A stretch of 47,446 nt of DNA from Candidatus Fervidifonticultor secundus (lineage in GTDB: Bacteria; Sysuimicrobiota; Sysuimicrobiia; Sysuimicrobiales; Humicultoraceae). The notes below the pieces were generated by a model. That model searched no databases and had not been told where the DNA came from. It was given only the letters and a program-made list of their open reading frames with translations. The DNA lies in assembly GCA_031459385.1 (NCBI GenBank), contig JAVKIP010000022.1, forward strand, positions 1 to 47,446, in the 5' to 3' direction. Positions 9,639 to 17,694 of the stretch are shown here, piece after piece (the stretch's first letter is position 1; the number at the start of each line of letters is the position of its first letter). A program made the position numbers and the translations under genes.

Positions 9639-10641
9639 CGGGCGTCACCTCGAAGAACCCCGTCCACCCCAGTTCGGTGAACTCGCTCTGGTGGGCGTGG
9701 AACATGAACCGGCCCGGCCGCCGGTACCGGAACTCCAGGATCGCGCGCTGGGCCTGGCAGAGCATGACGGTGTCGGTGAACTCCGACGGGGTCAGGCTGG
9801 TGCCCGTCGGGTAGACGTGGAAGAAGTTGGCGTGGAGATGCAGCGAGTTGATCGGGTCGAACTCGGTGATGTTCACCAGGTAGATGCGTACCAGCTCGTG
9901 CTGCCTGATGCGGATGGGATGCCGCAGGTAGTAGAACGGCACGGTGTTCACCGCGTAGATCTCGTTCTCGCCGTCGAAGTTGGTGTCGAAGGCGTTCATC
10001 ATCATGACCAGCTCGCGGGCCGGCGACCGCCCCTGCGGAGGATCCACGATGAAAACCCCGTAGAGTCCCTTGTGGATGTGGCGCTTGAGGGGCTGCACGT
10101 GACAGTGGTAGAGGTGCAGCCCGAACGGCGCTGCGTCGAACTCGTAGACGAACGACCTGCCCCGCTCGATGGGCTCGATGCCATCCATGGCCGCGTCGTG
10201 GAAGCCGTGGAAGTGGATGTTGTGAGGGTGGGTGCCGGCGTTGACGAAGCGCACGCGCACCCGGTCGCCCTCGCGGGCGCGCAGGGTCGGCCCCGGCACC
10301 TGCGCGTTGTACGCCCACGCCGGGAACTTGACGCCGGGGGCGACCTCGATCTCGCGGTCGGTGGCCACCAGCTGGTACTCGCGGAGCGTCTGCCCTCCGG
10401 GCAGCCGGCTGACCTTCCCCCAGTCGAACGCCGTTAGGTAGCGCGCCGGGTCGATGCCGGCCTGACGCGGCTCGACCTCGCCGATCGTGCCCAGGCCCGC
10501 ATGGGCCTGGTGCTCGCCTGCGCGTTCCTGATGGGTGCCCGCGGCGCCTGCCGGCGCCAGCCCCAGCCTCCCTGTGACCGCCCCGGTGGCGCCGGCGGCG
10601 GCCAGCCTGAACAGCTCGCGGCGGGACACTCGCCCCCCCAT
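9625..10641 (-). CDS. Tat-exported two-domain multicopper oxidase
   Basis: Tat motif SRRELFRL. Copper motifs HPHNIHFHG, YHCHVQPLKRHIHKGL, SLHLHAN and FMFHAHQ. AAGGAGG RBS. Confidence 0.92.
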   Translation of the reverse strand: MGGRVSRRELFRLAAAGATGAVTGRLGLAPAGAAGTHQERAGEHQAHAGLGTIGEVEPRQAGIDPARYLTAFDWGKVSRLPGGQTLREYQLVATDREIEVAPGVKFPAWAYNAQVPGPTLRAREGDRVRVRFVNAGTHPHNIHFHGFHDAAMDGIEPIERGRSFVYEFDAAPFGLHLYHCHVQPLKRHIHKGLYGVFIVDPPQGRSPARELVMMMNAFDTNFDGENEIYAVNTVPFYYLRHPIRIRQHELVRIYLVNITEFDPINSLHLHANFFHVYPTGTSLTPSEFTDTVMLCQAQRAILEFRYRRPGRFMFHAHQSEFTELGWTGFFEVTPDGAV

Positions 10642-10651
10642 GGCCCCCTCC

Positions 10652-10682
10652 TTTAGCCATCGCTAAATTAGTCTGTGTTAAA
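10652..10682. promoter_or_regulatory. Tandem palindromic operator, probable DtxR/MntR-family site
   Basis: Perfect TTTAGC-CATC-GCTAAA (10652-10667) overlaps a second copy, ATTAGT-CTGT-GTTAAA (10667-10682). Both lie between promoter and RBS in an AT-rich island. Confidence 0.75.
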
Positions 10683-10710
10683 TCTTGGAGGGGCGCCGAC
10701 GGTGTGTCAA
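10682..10710 (-). promoter_or_regulatory. Sigma70-type promoter TTGACA-N17-CAAGAT for the oxidase-ZIP-mntR operon
   Basis: TTGACA at 10710-10705, 17-nt spacer, CAAGAT at 10687-10682. Confidence 0.6.
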
Positions 10711-10862
10711 GTGGCAGGCGCGTCCACACGGGCCGCCGGCCGGGAGGGCCGTCACGCCCTGGGCCGGTGCTGGATCGCCTCGGGGACGCGGACCAGGTCG
10801 GGCTGAACGAGGGCGAACTGCCAGCGCAGCGGGACCCGCTGCCGCGGCCGATCCGCCAATCG

Positions 10863-11297
10863 TCATGGTCCGGTGGCCACGAGGGCGTCATGGGTCGCGG
10901 CCATGCAGGTGTTCATCACCACCTGGAGCCCTGCTGCCCGGGCCCGGGCCGCGGCCTCTTCGTGCACCACGCCCAGCTGCATCCAGACCACGCGCGCTCC
11001 GATGGCGATGGCGTCGTCCACGACCGACGGCACGAACTCGCTGCGCCGGAAGATCAGCACGACGTCGACGCGATCCGGGACATCCCTCAGACTCGGGTAC
11101 GCGCGCTCGTCCAGTACCTCGATGAGCCGGGGGTTCACGGGAATGATGCGGTACCCGACCTCCTGCAGGTACCGGGCCACCTCGTGGCTGGGCCGGTCGG
11201 GGCGATCGCTGAGCCCGACGACCGCGATCGTCCTGGCCGCGCGGAGGATCCCGGCGAGCACGTCGACAGGCGGGCGCATCGGGTCGGGCATCGTCAC
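10863..11297 (-). CDS. CoA-binding protein (YccU family)
   Basis: TIAVVGLSDRPDRPSHEVARYL, RIIPVNP, VDVVLIFRRSE, VWMQLGV and VVMNTC. The GTG at 11297 overlaps the upstream stop (GTGA); an alternative ATG is at 11291. Confidence 0.93.
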   Translation of the reverse strand: MTMPDPMRPPVDVLAGILRAARTIAVVGLSDRPDRPSHEVARYLQEVGYRIIPVNPRLIEVLDERAYPSLRDVPDRVDVVLIFRRSEFVPSVVDDAIAIGARVVWMQLGVVHEEAAARARAAGLQVVMNTCMAATHDALVATGP

Positions 11298-11527
11298 GCG
11301 CTCAGGAGCTGCTCGAGCTTCGCGCGGTTGAACCCCACCACCGCCTCGCCGTCGATGACGGTGACCGGCGTCGCCGAGTAGCCCAGCTGCATGAGCTCGT
11401 CGAACGCCTGCTCGTCGGCGCTCACGTCTTTCTCCGTGTACATCATGCCTCGCTCGTGAAGGAACTCCCTCACCTTGCGGCAGAACAGTCAGCCCGGCTG
11501 CGAGTACACCACGATGGTCTTCGGCAC
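11294..11527 (-). CDS. Glutaredoxin/NrdH-like protein with UxxC motif (putative selenoprotein), 77 aa
   Basis: GGAGGTGA RBS and GTG start. Translation MPKTIVVYSQPG-U(TGA 11491-11489)-LFCRKVREFLHERGMMYTEKDVSADEQAFDELMQLGYSATPVTVIDGEAVVGFNRAKLEQLLSA gives a complete Grx fold. Absent from the ORF track. Confidence 0.88.
11446..11482 (-). promoter_or_regulatory. Putative bacterial SECIS hairpin
   Basis: Downstream of the UGA the mRNA reads UGCC..GUGAGGG-AGUU-CCUUCAC..GGCA: a 7-bp apical stem with a G-containing loop starting 22 nt after the UGA, plus a lower stem. Confidence 0.6.
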
Positions 11528-11599
11528 GGCTCACCTCCGTCGATGCACCGCATGGCTCCGTCCTCGGAACTCCATTGCCGATGGCTGATATTCCACACC

Positions 11600-11634
11600 G
11601 GGGGTCGGCAGCGGCAAAGCCACTGCCGACCCCC
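11600..11634 (-). terminator. 16-bp GC hairpin downstream of the small secreted-protein gene
   Basis: Minus strand GGGGGTCGGCAGTGGC-TTT-GCCGCTGCCGACCCCC is fully paired with one G-U only on the minus strand. No U-tail. Confidence 0.6.
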
Positions 11635-11661
11635 ATGATCGCCGACACGGTGCGCCGACGG

Positions 11662-11892
11662 CTAGCGGAGACCGATATCGGCCAGCGACTGCACCAGCGC
11701 GAGCCGCACCGACGCCCCGACGGAGACGGGCGGCCAGCTGACGGGCGGACGCACGGGGGTCGCAATCTTCCCTGTGTCATTCCTCGGCCCCGGCTGCGTG
11801 AACGGCAGCTCCACCTGCGCGAGCGCAGGCGCCGCGCCCACCATCACGACCACCCCCAACACGAACATCGCCACGAACACACGCACCTTCAT
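11662..11892 (-). CDS. Small secreted Pro-rich protein (76 aa), unknown function
   Basis: AGGGAGGTG RBS. Sec signal MKVRVFVAMFVLGVVVMVGAAPALA|Q. Downstream hairpin. Confidence 0.75.
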   Translation of the reverse strand: MKVRVFVAMFVLGVVVMVGAAPALAQVELPFTQPGPRNDTGKIATPVRPPVSWPPVSVGASVRLALVQSLADIGLR

Positions 11893-11979
11893 TCACCTCC
11901 CTCGGTCGTCGGCCCGGCCCTACTCCCGGCCGTCGTCCTGCCGGGCCGACGCCTGTACCGTAGAGGGCGCGGTGACCGC

Positions 11980-12289
11980 TGCAACAGGCAGCCCGATGCG
12001 CCGGTCCGCACCACTCGATGATGGCCTGGTCGTCGTCGGCCACGCCCCAGATAGGGATCTTGGCTCCGGGCACCTGCCGCAGGGCGGCCAGGACCGCCAT
12101 ACCGTCCTGCTTGTGCGTCGCGAGGTCGTACAGCAGGATGTGTTCACCAGCGATCGGCCGCGTCAGCGCGTCGCGACCGCTGCCGAACGCACCGGCCACG
12201 CGCACGCCCTCCTGCTGGCCCAACAGGCTGCTGATCCCGTCCCGGACCAGGGGACTGGCATGAATGAGGCCGAGAACCACAGGACCCAC
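11980..12289 (-). pseudogene. NarL/FixJ-type response regulator receiver remnant
   Basis: LIHASPLVRDGISSLLGQQEGVRVAG..GRDAL..ILLYDL..DG..DDQAIIE, then one base missing near 12012, then VRTGASGCLLQ. No HTH follows. Confidence 0.65.
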
Positions 12290-12433
12290 GGTTCCCCGCT
12301 GGTGACGGTAGCGCCTGGCCGGGCCGCTGACTGTAATGCGGCTCACAGATAGCGGGCACAGCGCGGCCCGGACAGGGACGCTGTAGCCGCGCGGGCCCGG
12401 GCTCCGGCATCCCGGGGATCCGCGCTTCCGGCG

Positions 12434-13897
12434 TCAGGCCGGGTGCCACCGTTGCCCGTCCCGCTGCACCAGGCGCGTCGCCGCCGCAGGCCCCCATGAG
12501 CCCGCTGCGTAGACCGCCACGTCCGGCGGGGTGTCCAGCACCGGCGTGTAGAGGCTCCACGCGGCCTCGACCTCGTCGGCCCGGACGAAGAGCGTCTGGT
12601 CGCCCGCCAGGATATCCAAAAGCAACGTCTCGTACGCGTCGGGGAGCGGCGAGAAGGCATCCGCGTAGCGGAACCGCAGCCGCTGCGCCTGGAGGGTCAG
12701 GCCCTGTCCGGGCGCCTTGACCTGGAATCCGAGCTCGAACCCCTCGTCGGGCTGGATGGTGATCACCAGCACGTTGCGGTGGAGGGTCTCGATGCCGTAG
12801 GCGCGGAACACTGACACCGGCGGCCGGCGGAACGTCACGACGATCTGGGTCATGCGCGCCGGCAGGCGCTTGCCGGTCCGCAGGTAGAACGGCACGCCGT
12901 GCCACCGCCAGTTGGCGACTTCCAGCCGCAGTGCTACATAGGTTTCGGTCTGCGAGTCTGCGGCCACGCCGGGCTCCTGCCGGTAGCCGGGCACCGATGC
13001 ACCGTCGATGCGCCCGGGAGCGTACTGCCCGAACACCACGGCCTCGCGCGGGATGGGGGCGAGGCTTCGCAGGACCTTTACCTTCTCGTTGCGGATGGCG
13101 TCGGCCTCGAACGCGACGGGGACCTCCATCGCCACCAGGGTGAGGAGCTGCGTGGCGTGGTTCTGGATCACGTCTCGCAGGGCACCTGCCCGTTCGTAGT
13201 AGCCGGCCCGCCTGCCGATGCCGTCACCCTCGGCCACCGTGATCTGCACGCTCTCGATGCAGTCGCGGTTCCACAGCGTCTCGAAGATGGCGTTGGCGAA
13301 CCGGAAGACCAGCAGGTTCTGGACGGTCTCCTTGCCCAGGTAGTGGGCGATGCGGTAGACCTGCACCTCGTCGAAGTGGCGGTGGACGAGGCCGTTGAGC
13401 TCCCGGGCCGTGGTCAGGTCACGGCCGAAGGGCTTCTCGATCACCAGTCGCGTCCGGCCCGCGCTGCGGTGCAGCCCCGCCTCGCCGAGCCCCGCGATCG
13501 TGCCGGGGAACGCTTCGGGCGGCAGGGCCAGGTACAGCACGCGGTTGGCGGGAAGGCCGTGCGCCTGCTCCAGCGACGTCAGCCGCCCCGCCAGCGCCAG
13601 GTAGCCCGCGATACCTCTCGCGCCCAGCCCCTGGTAGTAGAGACACGCCTCGCACCAGCCGGCGGCGCGCTCCGCGTCGAAGCCCGCCTCCCGCAAGGCC
13701 TGCCGCGCCCATGCGCGGAACTCCGCATCGCCCTGGTCCGCCCGCGCCGCACCGACCACGACGGCGCGTTCGTGCACCAGACCCCGCTCCGCCAGCCGGT
13801 ACACCGCCGGCAACAGCTTGCGGCGCATCAGGTCGCCGGTGCCGCCGAGCACCACGATGCTGGCGGGATCGGTCCTGCCGTCGGCGGGCAGCCTCAC
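12434..13897 (-). CDS. zwf: Glucose-6-phosphate 1-dehydrogenase (D->A in the RIDHYLGKE motif)
   Basis: [56 protein letters not shown] and DAYETLL. GTG start after GGTGAGG. Confidence 0.95.
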   Translation of the reverse strand: MRLPADGRTDPASIVVLGGTGDLMRRKLLPAVYRLAERGLVHERAVVVGAARADQGDAEFRAWARQALREAGFDAERAAGWCEACLYYQGLGARGIAGYLALAGRLTSLEQAHGLPANRVLYLALPPEAFPGTIAGLGEAGLHRSAGRTRLVIEKPFGRDLTTARELNGLVHRHFDEVQVYRIAHYLGKETVQNLLVFRFANAIFETLWNRDCIESVQITVAEGDGIGRRAGYYERAGALRDVIQNHATQLLTLVAMEVPVAFEADAIRNEKVKVLRSLAPIPREAVVFGQYAPGRIDGASVPGYRQEPGVAADSQTETYVALRLEVANWRWHGVPFYLRTGKRLPARMTQIVVTFRRPPVSVFRAYGIETLHRNVLVITIQPDEGFELGFQVKAPGQGLTLQAQRLRFRYADAFSPLPDAYETLLLDILAGDQTLFVRADEVEAAWSLYTPVLDTPPDVAVYAAGSWGPAAATRLVQRDGQRWHPA

Positions 13898-13950
13898 GCC
13901 GGCCTCACCGCCTGTGGGGCGCAGCCGAAACCCGGGGCGGGGGCTGCGCC

Positions 13951-14853
13951 TCACGCCCGCCGGATCGGGTGCCCGCCGAACTGGTGGCGCAGGGCTACCA
14001 GCAGGCGATCGCCGAAAGGCGACGCGTCACGCGACCGGAAACGCCGCTGCAGCGCCAGGGTGATCACCGGAATGTCGCACGCGAGCTCGACGGCCTCCAT
14101 CACCGTCCACCGTCCCTCGCCGCTGTCCTCCACGTGGGGCGCGATCCCCTCGAGCGTCGGGTTGTCGGCCAGCGCGCGGGCGGCGAGGTCCAGCAGCCAC
14201 GACCGCACCACGCTGCCGTGGCGCCACAGGTCCGCGATCTGCGGGAGGTCGAGGCCGAGCTCTGCCTTCCGCGCCATCAAGGCGAAACCCTCGGCGTAGG
14301 CCTGCATCAGCCCGTACTCGATGCCGTTGTGCACCATCTTGACGAAGTGGCCGGCCCCGGACGGCCCCACCCGCGCCCAGCCACGGTCAGGGCCGGGGGC
14401 CAGCGCCTGGAACACCGGCGTCAGGTGCGCGATGACGTCTGCGTCCCCGCCGATCATCAGGCAGTAGCCGTGCTCCCGCCCGAAGACGCCACCGCTGGTG
14501 CCGACGTCCAGGAAGTGCACGCCCCGCTGCGCGAGCTGCCCGGCGCGACGTCTCGAGTCGCGGTAGAACGAGTTCCCGCCGTCGACCAGCACGTCTCCCG
14601 GCGCGAGGTGCGCCAGCAGTCCGTCGATCGTCTCGTCCACGGCGCCGGCGGGCACCATCATCCAGACGACCCGCGGCGGCGCCAGCCGGCCGGCCAGATC
14701 GGCCAGGGAGACCGCCCCGGTGCCGCCCAGGACCGCCAGGCGCGCGACGGCGTCCCGGTCGTGCGCGTACCCGACGACACGGTGTCCGCCGCGCAGCAGA
14801 CGCTCCGCCATGCCACCGCCCATGCGGCCCAGGCCCACCATCCCGAGTTCCAT
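13951..14853 (-). CDS. gnd: Decarboxylating 6-phosphogluconate dehydrogenase, short (YqeC-like) type
   Basis: [50 protein letters not shown] and LRHQFGGH. Confidence 0.96.
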   Translation of the reverse strand: MELGMVGLGRMGGGMAERLLRGGHRVVGYAHDRDAVARLAVLGGTGAVSLADLAGRLAPPRVVWMMVPAGAVDETIDGLLAHLAPGDVLVDGGNSFYRDSRRRAGQLAQRGVHFLDVGTSGGVFGREHGYCLMIGGDADVIAHLTPVFQALAPGPDRGWARVGPSGAGHFVKMVHNGIEYGLMQAYAEGFALMARKAELGLDLPQIADLWRHGSVVRSWLLDLAARALADNPTLEGIAPHVEDSGEGRWTVMEAVELACDIPVITLALQRRFRSRDASPFGDRLLVALRHQFGGHPIRRA

Positions 14854-14909
14854 CCCTCACCGTCCCCGGCCGTCCGCGCGCCCGGCGCGGCCACGCCCTC
14901 CAGATGTTC

Positions 14910-16550
14910 TCACCCCAGCCGACGCCTGAGGCCTGCCAGCAGCTGCGCGAGGCCGGCGGCGGCGTCGCGCCCGAGCCCGAGCCGCAGCACACGGCGGCCG
15001 CGCTGCACCAGCGCCTGGTAGTCGCCCGCGGCCTGCGCCTGGATCAGCGTCCCGAACGAGTAGCGTCCGCCGGGCACGGGGACGTCGTCAGCCGGCTGGT
15101 CCACGAGCTGCAGGAACCGCCCGGTATTGGGGCCGCCCTTGTGGAGCTGCCCGGTCGAGTGCAGGAAGCGCGGGCCGAAGCCGGCGGTCGTGGCAACCCG
15201 ATACCGCCGCGCCAGCAGCTCCCGGATCTCCTGCAGGCTGGCCCACGTCTTAGGCCCTGGAGCCAGGAACGCCAGCAGGGCCACGTACTCCCCTTCCCGC
15301 AGCCCGCTCAGCCAGGCCTCCAGCACCTCGGGGGCGGCTGCGTGCTCGGCGGCGATCTCCTGGACCTCGTCGGCAGACGCGCCGTGAGCCATGGCCCGCG
15401 CCGCCAGGTCCTTCGCCAGCTGCACGTCGGGCTGCGTGAACGGGTGAATGCCGAGTACCATGCCAGCGGCCGCGGTGGCGACCTCCCACCGCAGGAACTC
15501 CTGTCCCAGCTGCGTCACGCGATCCAGCCCAATGCGCACGACGGGATGTCCGGCCGACGCCAGCGCCTCCGCCCGGGCCTCCAGGGTGTCCGTCGCACCG
15601 GCCAGGCCAATGACGACGAAGACCCGGTCCGTCCCGTACCCACCGGCATCCAGCCACGGCTCGTCTACCACCGGCACCAGGCCCCTACCGTCTTTGCCCG
15701 TGCTCTCGGCCAGCAACTGCTCGACCCACACCGGCAGCGCGGCAACCTCCGGCGAGGCCAGGAAGGTCACCTTGTCGCGCCCTGCCAGGGCCAGCTCGCC
15801 CAGTGCCGCACCGAGCGCCAGGGCCGGGTTGTCCGCGCACGGAACGCCGGGGCCGATGGCCTCGGCGAACTCGCGGGCGCCGGCGAGCAGGCCACGGACG
15901 TCGGCGCCCATCAGGGCCGCGGGGACGAGTCCGAACACTGACAGGGCAGAGTAGCGGCCACCGACGTCGGGGGGTGCGGTGACGGTGCAGCGGAACCGCC
16001 GTGCCGCCGCCAGCCGCGCCAGCGGCGTCTGCGGGTCCGTCATGGCGATGAAGCGCCGGCCCGGAGCGCCACCCCCCGCACGGCTCCAGTCCCAGAAGTA
16101 GCGGAAGAGCGCCAGCGTCTCGGTCGTGGTCCCGGACTTGCTCGACACCAGGACCAGGGTGTGGGCCGGCTCCAGCCTGGCGGCCGTGGCGCGGATCGCG
16201 GCCGGGTGCGTCGTGTCCAGGACCGTCAGGGCCGGCGCGCCGGACGCCGGTGTCAGCGTGCGCGCACACACCTCCGGGGCCAGGCTCGACCCGCCCATGC
16301 CGAGCAGCAGCACGTCCCGCACGCCCTCGTCGCGCACCTGGCGCGCGAGCGCCTCGAGCGCATCGACCAGCGTCGACGGCGCAAACGGCAACGCGAGCCA
16401 GCCCAGACGATTGGCGAGCTCTGGCAGCGGCGACGACGCCCACAGCGTTGGATCCCGGGCCCACAGGCGGCGGGGGACCTCGATCTCGTCCCACCGGCGG
16501 AGGCGATCGGCGACCCGGGCCTGGTACGGGCCCAGGCTCATGCGCTGCAT
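14910..16550 (-). CDS. pgi: Glucose-6-phosphate isomerase of the Tal-Pgi fusion type, standalone
   Basis: NRLGWL, LGMGGSSL, SSKSGTTTET, VGGRYSALS, EQLLAESTGK, PFTQPDVQLAK and GPRFLHSTGQLHKGGP. Confidence 0.88.
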   Translation of the reverse strand: MQRMSLGPYQARVADRLRRWDEIEVPRRLWARDPTLWASSPLPELANRLGWLALPFAPSTLVDALEALARQVRDEGVRDVLLLGMGGSSLAPEVCARTLTPASGAPALTVLDTTHPAAIRATAARLEPAHTLVLVSSKSGTTTETLALFRYFWDWSRAGGGAPGRRFIAMTDPQTPLARLAAARRFRCTVTAPPDVGGRYSALSVFGLVPAALMGADVRGLLAGAREFAEAIGPGVPCADNPALALGAALGELALAGRDKVTFLASPEVAALPVWVEQLLAESTGKDGRGLVPVVDEPWLDAGGYGTDRVFVVIGLAGATDTLEARAEALASAGHPVVRIGLDRVTQLGQEFLRWEVATAAAGMVLGIHPFTQPDVQLAKDLAARAMAHGASADEVQEIAAEHAAAPEVLEAWLSGLREGEYVALLAFLAPGPKTWASLQEIRELLARRYRVATTAGFGPRFLHSTGQLHKGGPNTGRFLQLVDQPADDVPVPGGRYSFGTLIQAQAAGDYQALVQRGRRVLRLGLGRDAAAGLAQLLAGLRRRLG

Positions 16551-16560
16551 GGTAAGGACA

Positions 16561-17529
16561 CTACTCGGCGTCCGCGCCGGGTCCCTTTGCCCGTGGGCCA
16601 GGCACGCGCCGCCGGCGTGCCGCGTCGACGGCAGCGCAGCGCGCGCACGAGGCGTCGCAGGGCTCGACGTGAATGGTGACGTCCACGCCGGGCAGCGCCT
16701 CGCGAATATGCTGCTCGAGGTCGTCGGTCAGCGCATGGGCCTCCTGCACGGTCGACGACCGGTGGACCACCAGGTGCACGTCGACGAACCGGTCGGCGCC
16801 CGCCTGCCGCGTGCGCAGGGCATGGTAGTCGAGCACCTCAGACCTGTGCGCCTCGAAGACATCGTGCACCTTTGCGACCTCGTGGGGCGGCAGCTGGGCG
16901 TCCATCAGTCCGGCCACCGAACGGCGGACGAGGACGATGCCCATCCAGACGATGTGACCGCCGACCACCAGGGCGGTCAGGGCGTCGAGGGGCGCCCACC
17001 CGGTGACGGTAGCGAGGCCCAGGCCCGCGGCCACGCCCACCGACGTCAGCACGTCGGAGAGCAGGTGTCGGGCGGAGGCCTCCAGCGCGATCGACCGGCT
17101 GACGCGGGAGATGCGCAGCAGGAACAGGGCTACCGCCAGGTTGGCGACCGTGGCCAGCCCCAGCAGCCCGAAGCCCACCGGCAGCTGCTGCAGCGGCTGC
17201 GGGCGCAGCAGGCGGCGCACGGCGGTGATCACAACCCAGCCCCCCGCCACACCGATCAGGGCCCCCTCGGTGGCGCTGCTGACGTACTCGGCCTTGGCGT
17301 GCCCGTACGGGTGCGTCTGGTCGGGCGGCCGCACGGCCACGACGATGCTGGCCAGGGCCACGTTGGCGGCGACGACGTTGACCACCGATTCCGCCGCATC
17401 GGACAGGAGCGCGACGGATCCCGTAATCAGGTACGCGGCCACCTTGAAGCCGAGGATCGCCAGGCCGGTGGCCACCGAGACCAGCGCGGCGCGGATCTTG
17501 ACGGGAGGGGTGCTCGCCAGTTGGGCCAC
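16561..17529 (-). CDS. Cation diffusion facilitator (FieF/YiiP-like) with Cys-rich tail
   Basis: GSVALLSDAAES, PPDQTHPYGHAKAEY, ARHLLSDV and TIHVEPCDASCARC. TACAAT -10 upstream. Confidence 0.92.
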   Translation of the reverse strand: MAQLASTPPVKIRAALVSVATGLAILGFKVAAYLITGSVALLSDAAESVVNVVAANVALASIVVAVRPPDQTHPYGHAKAEYVSSATEGALIGVAGGWVVITAVRRLLRPQPLQQLPVGFGLLGLATVANLAVALFLLRISRVSRSIALEASARHLLSDVLTSVGVAAGLGLATVTGWAPLDALTALVVGGHIVWMGIVLVRRSVAGLMDAQLPPHEVAKVHDVFEAHRSEVLDYHALRTRQAGADRFVDVHLVVHRSSTVQEAHALTDDLEQHIREALPGVDVTIHVEPCDASCARCAAVDAARRRRVPGPRAKGPGADAE

Positions 17530-17694
17530 CCGTTTCTGCTCGCCCCTGGGGCGTTCCCGTCCATTGTACGCGTCTCTCCTCCCCGCTGCAGGTCCGCCTG
17601 GCCGGGCGCCCGCCGCCGGCACCCCCAGGAGTTGCCTGCGGTGGGCCCGAAGATCTGACCATCACGCCTGTTGGTTCGGAGTGTGACCCGCGCG

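Noticed and set aside
9625..10641. Copper nitrite reductase (nirK) call for the oxidase
   Set aside because: Four HxH pairs indicate a trinuclear-cluster two-domain multicopper oxidase rather than NirK, and the gene context is metal transport.
11530..11580. Minus-strand GGCAATGGAGTTCC resembling a fluoride riboswitch start
   Set aside because: It lacks the downstream GCUGAUGAC.CCU element and the pseudoknot partner.
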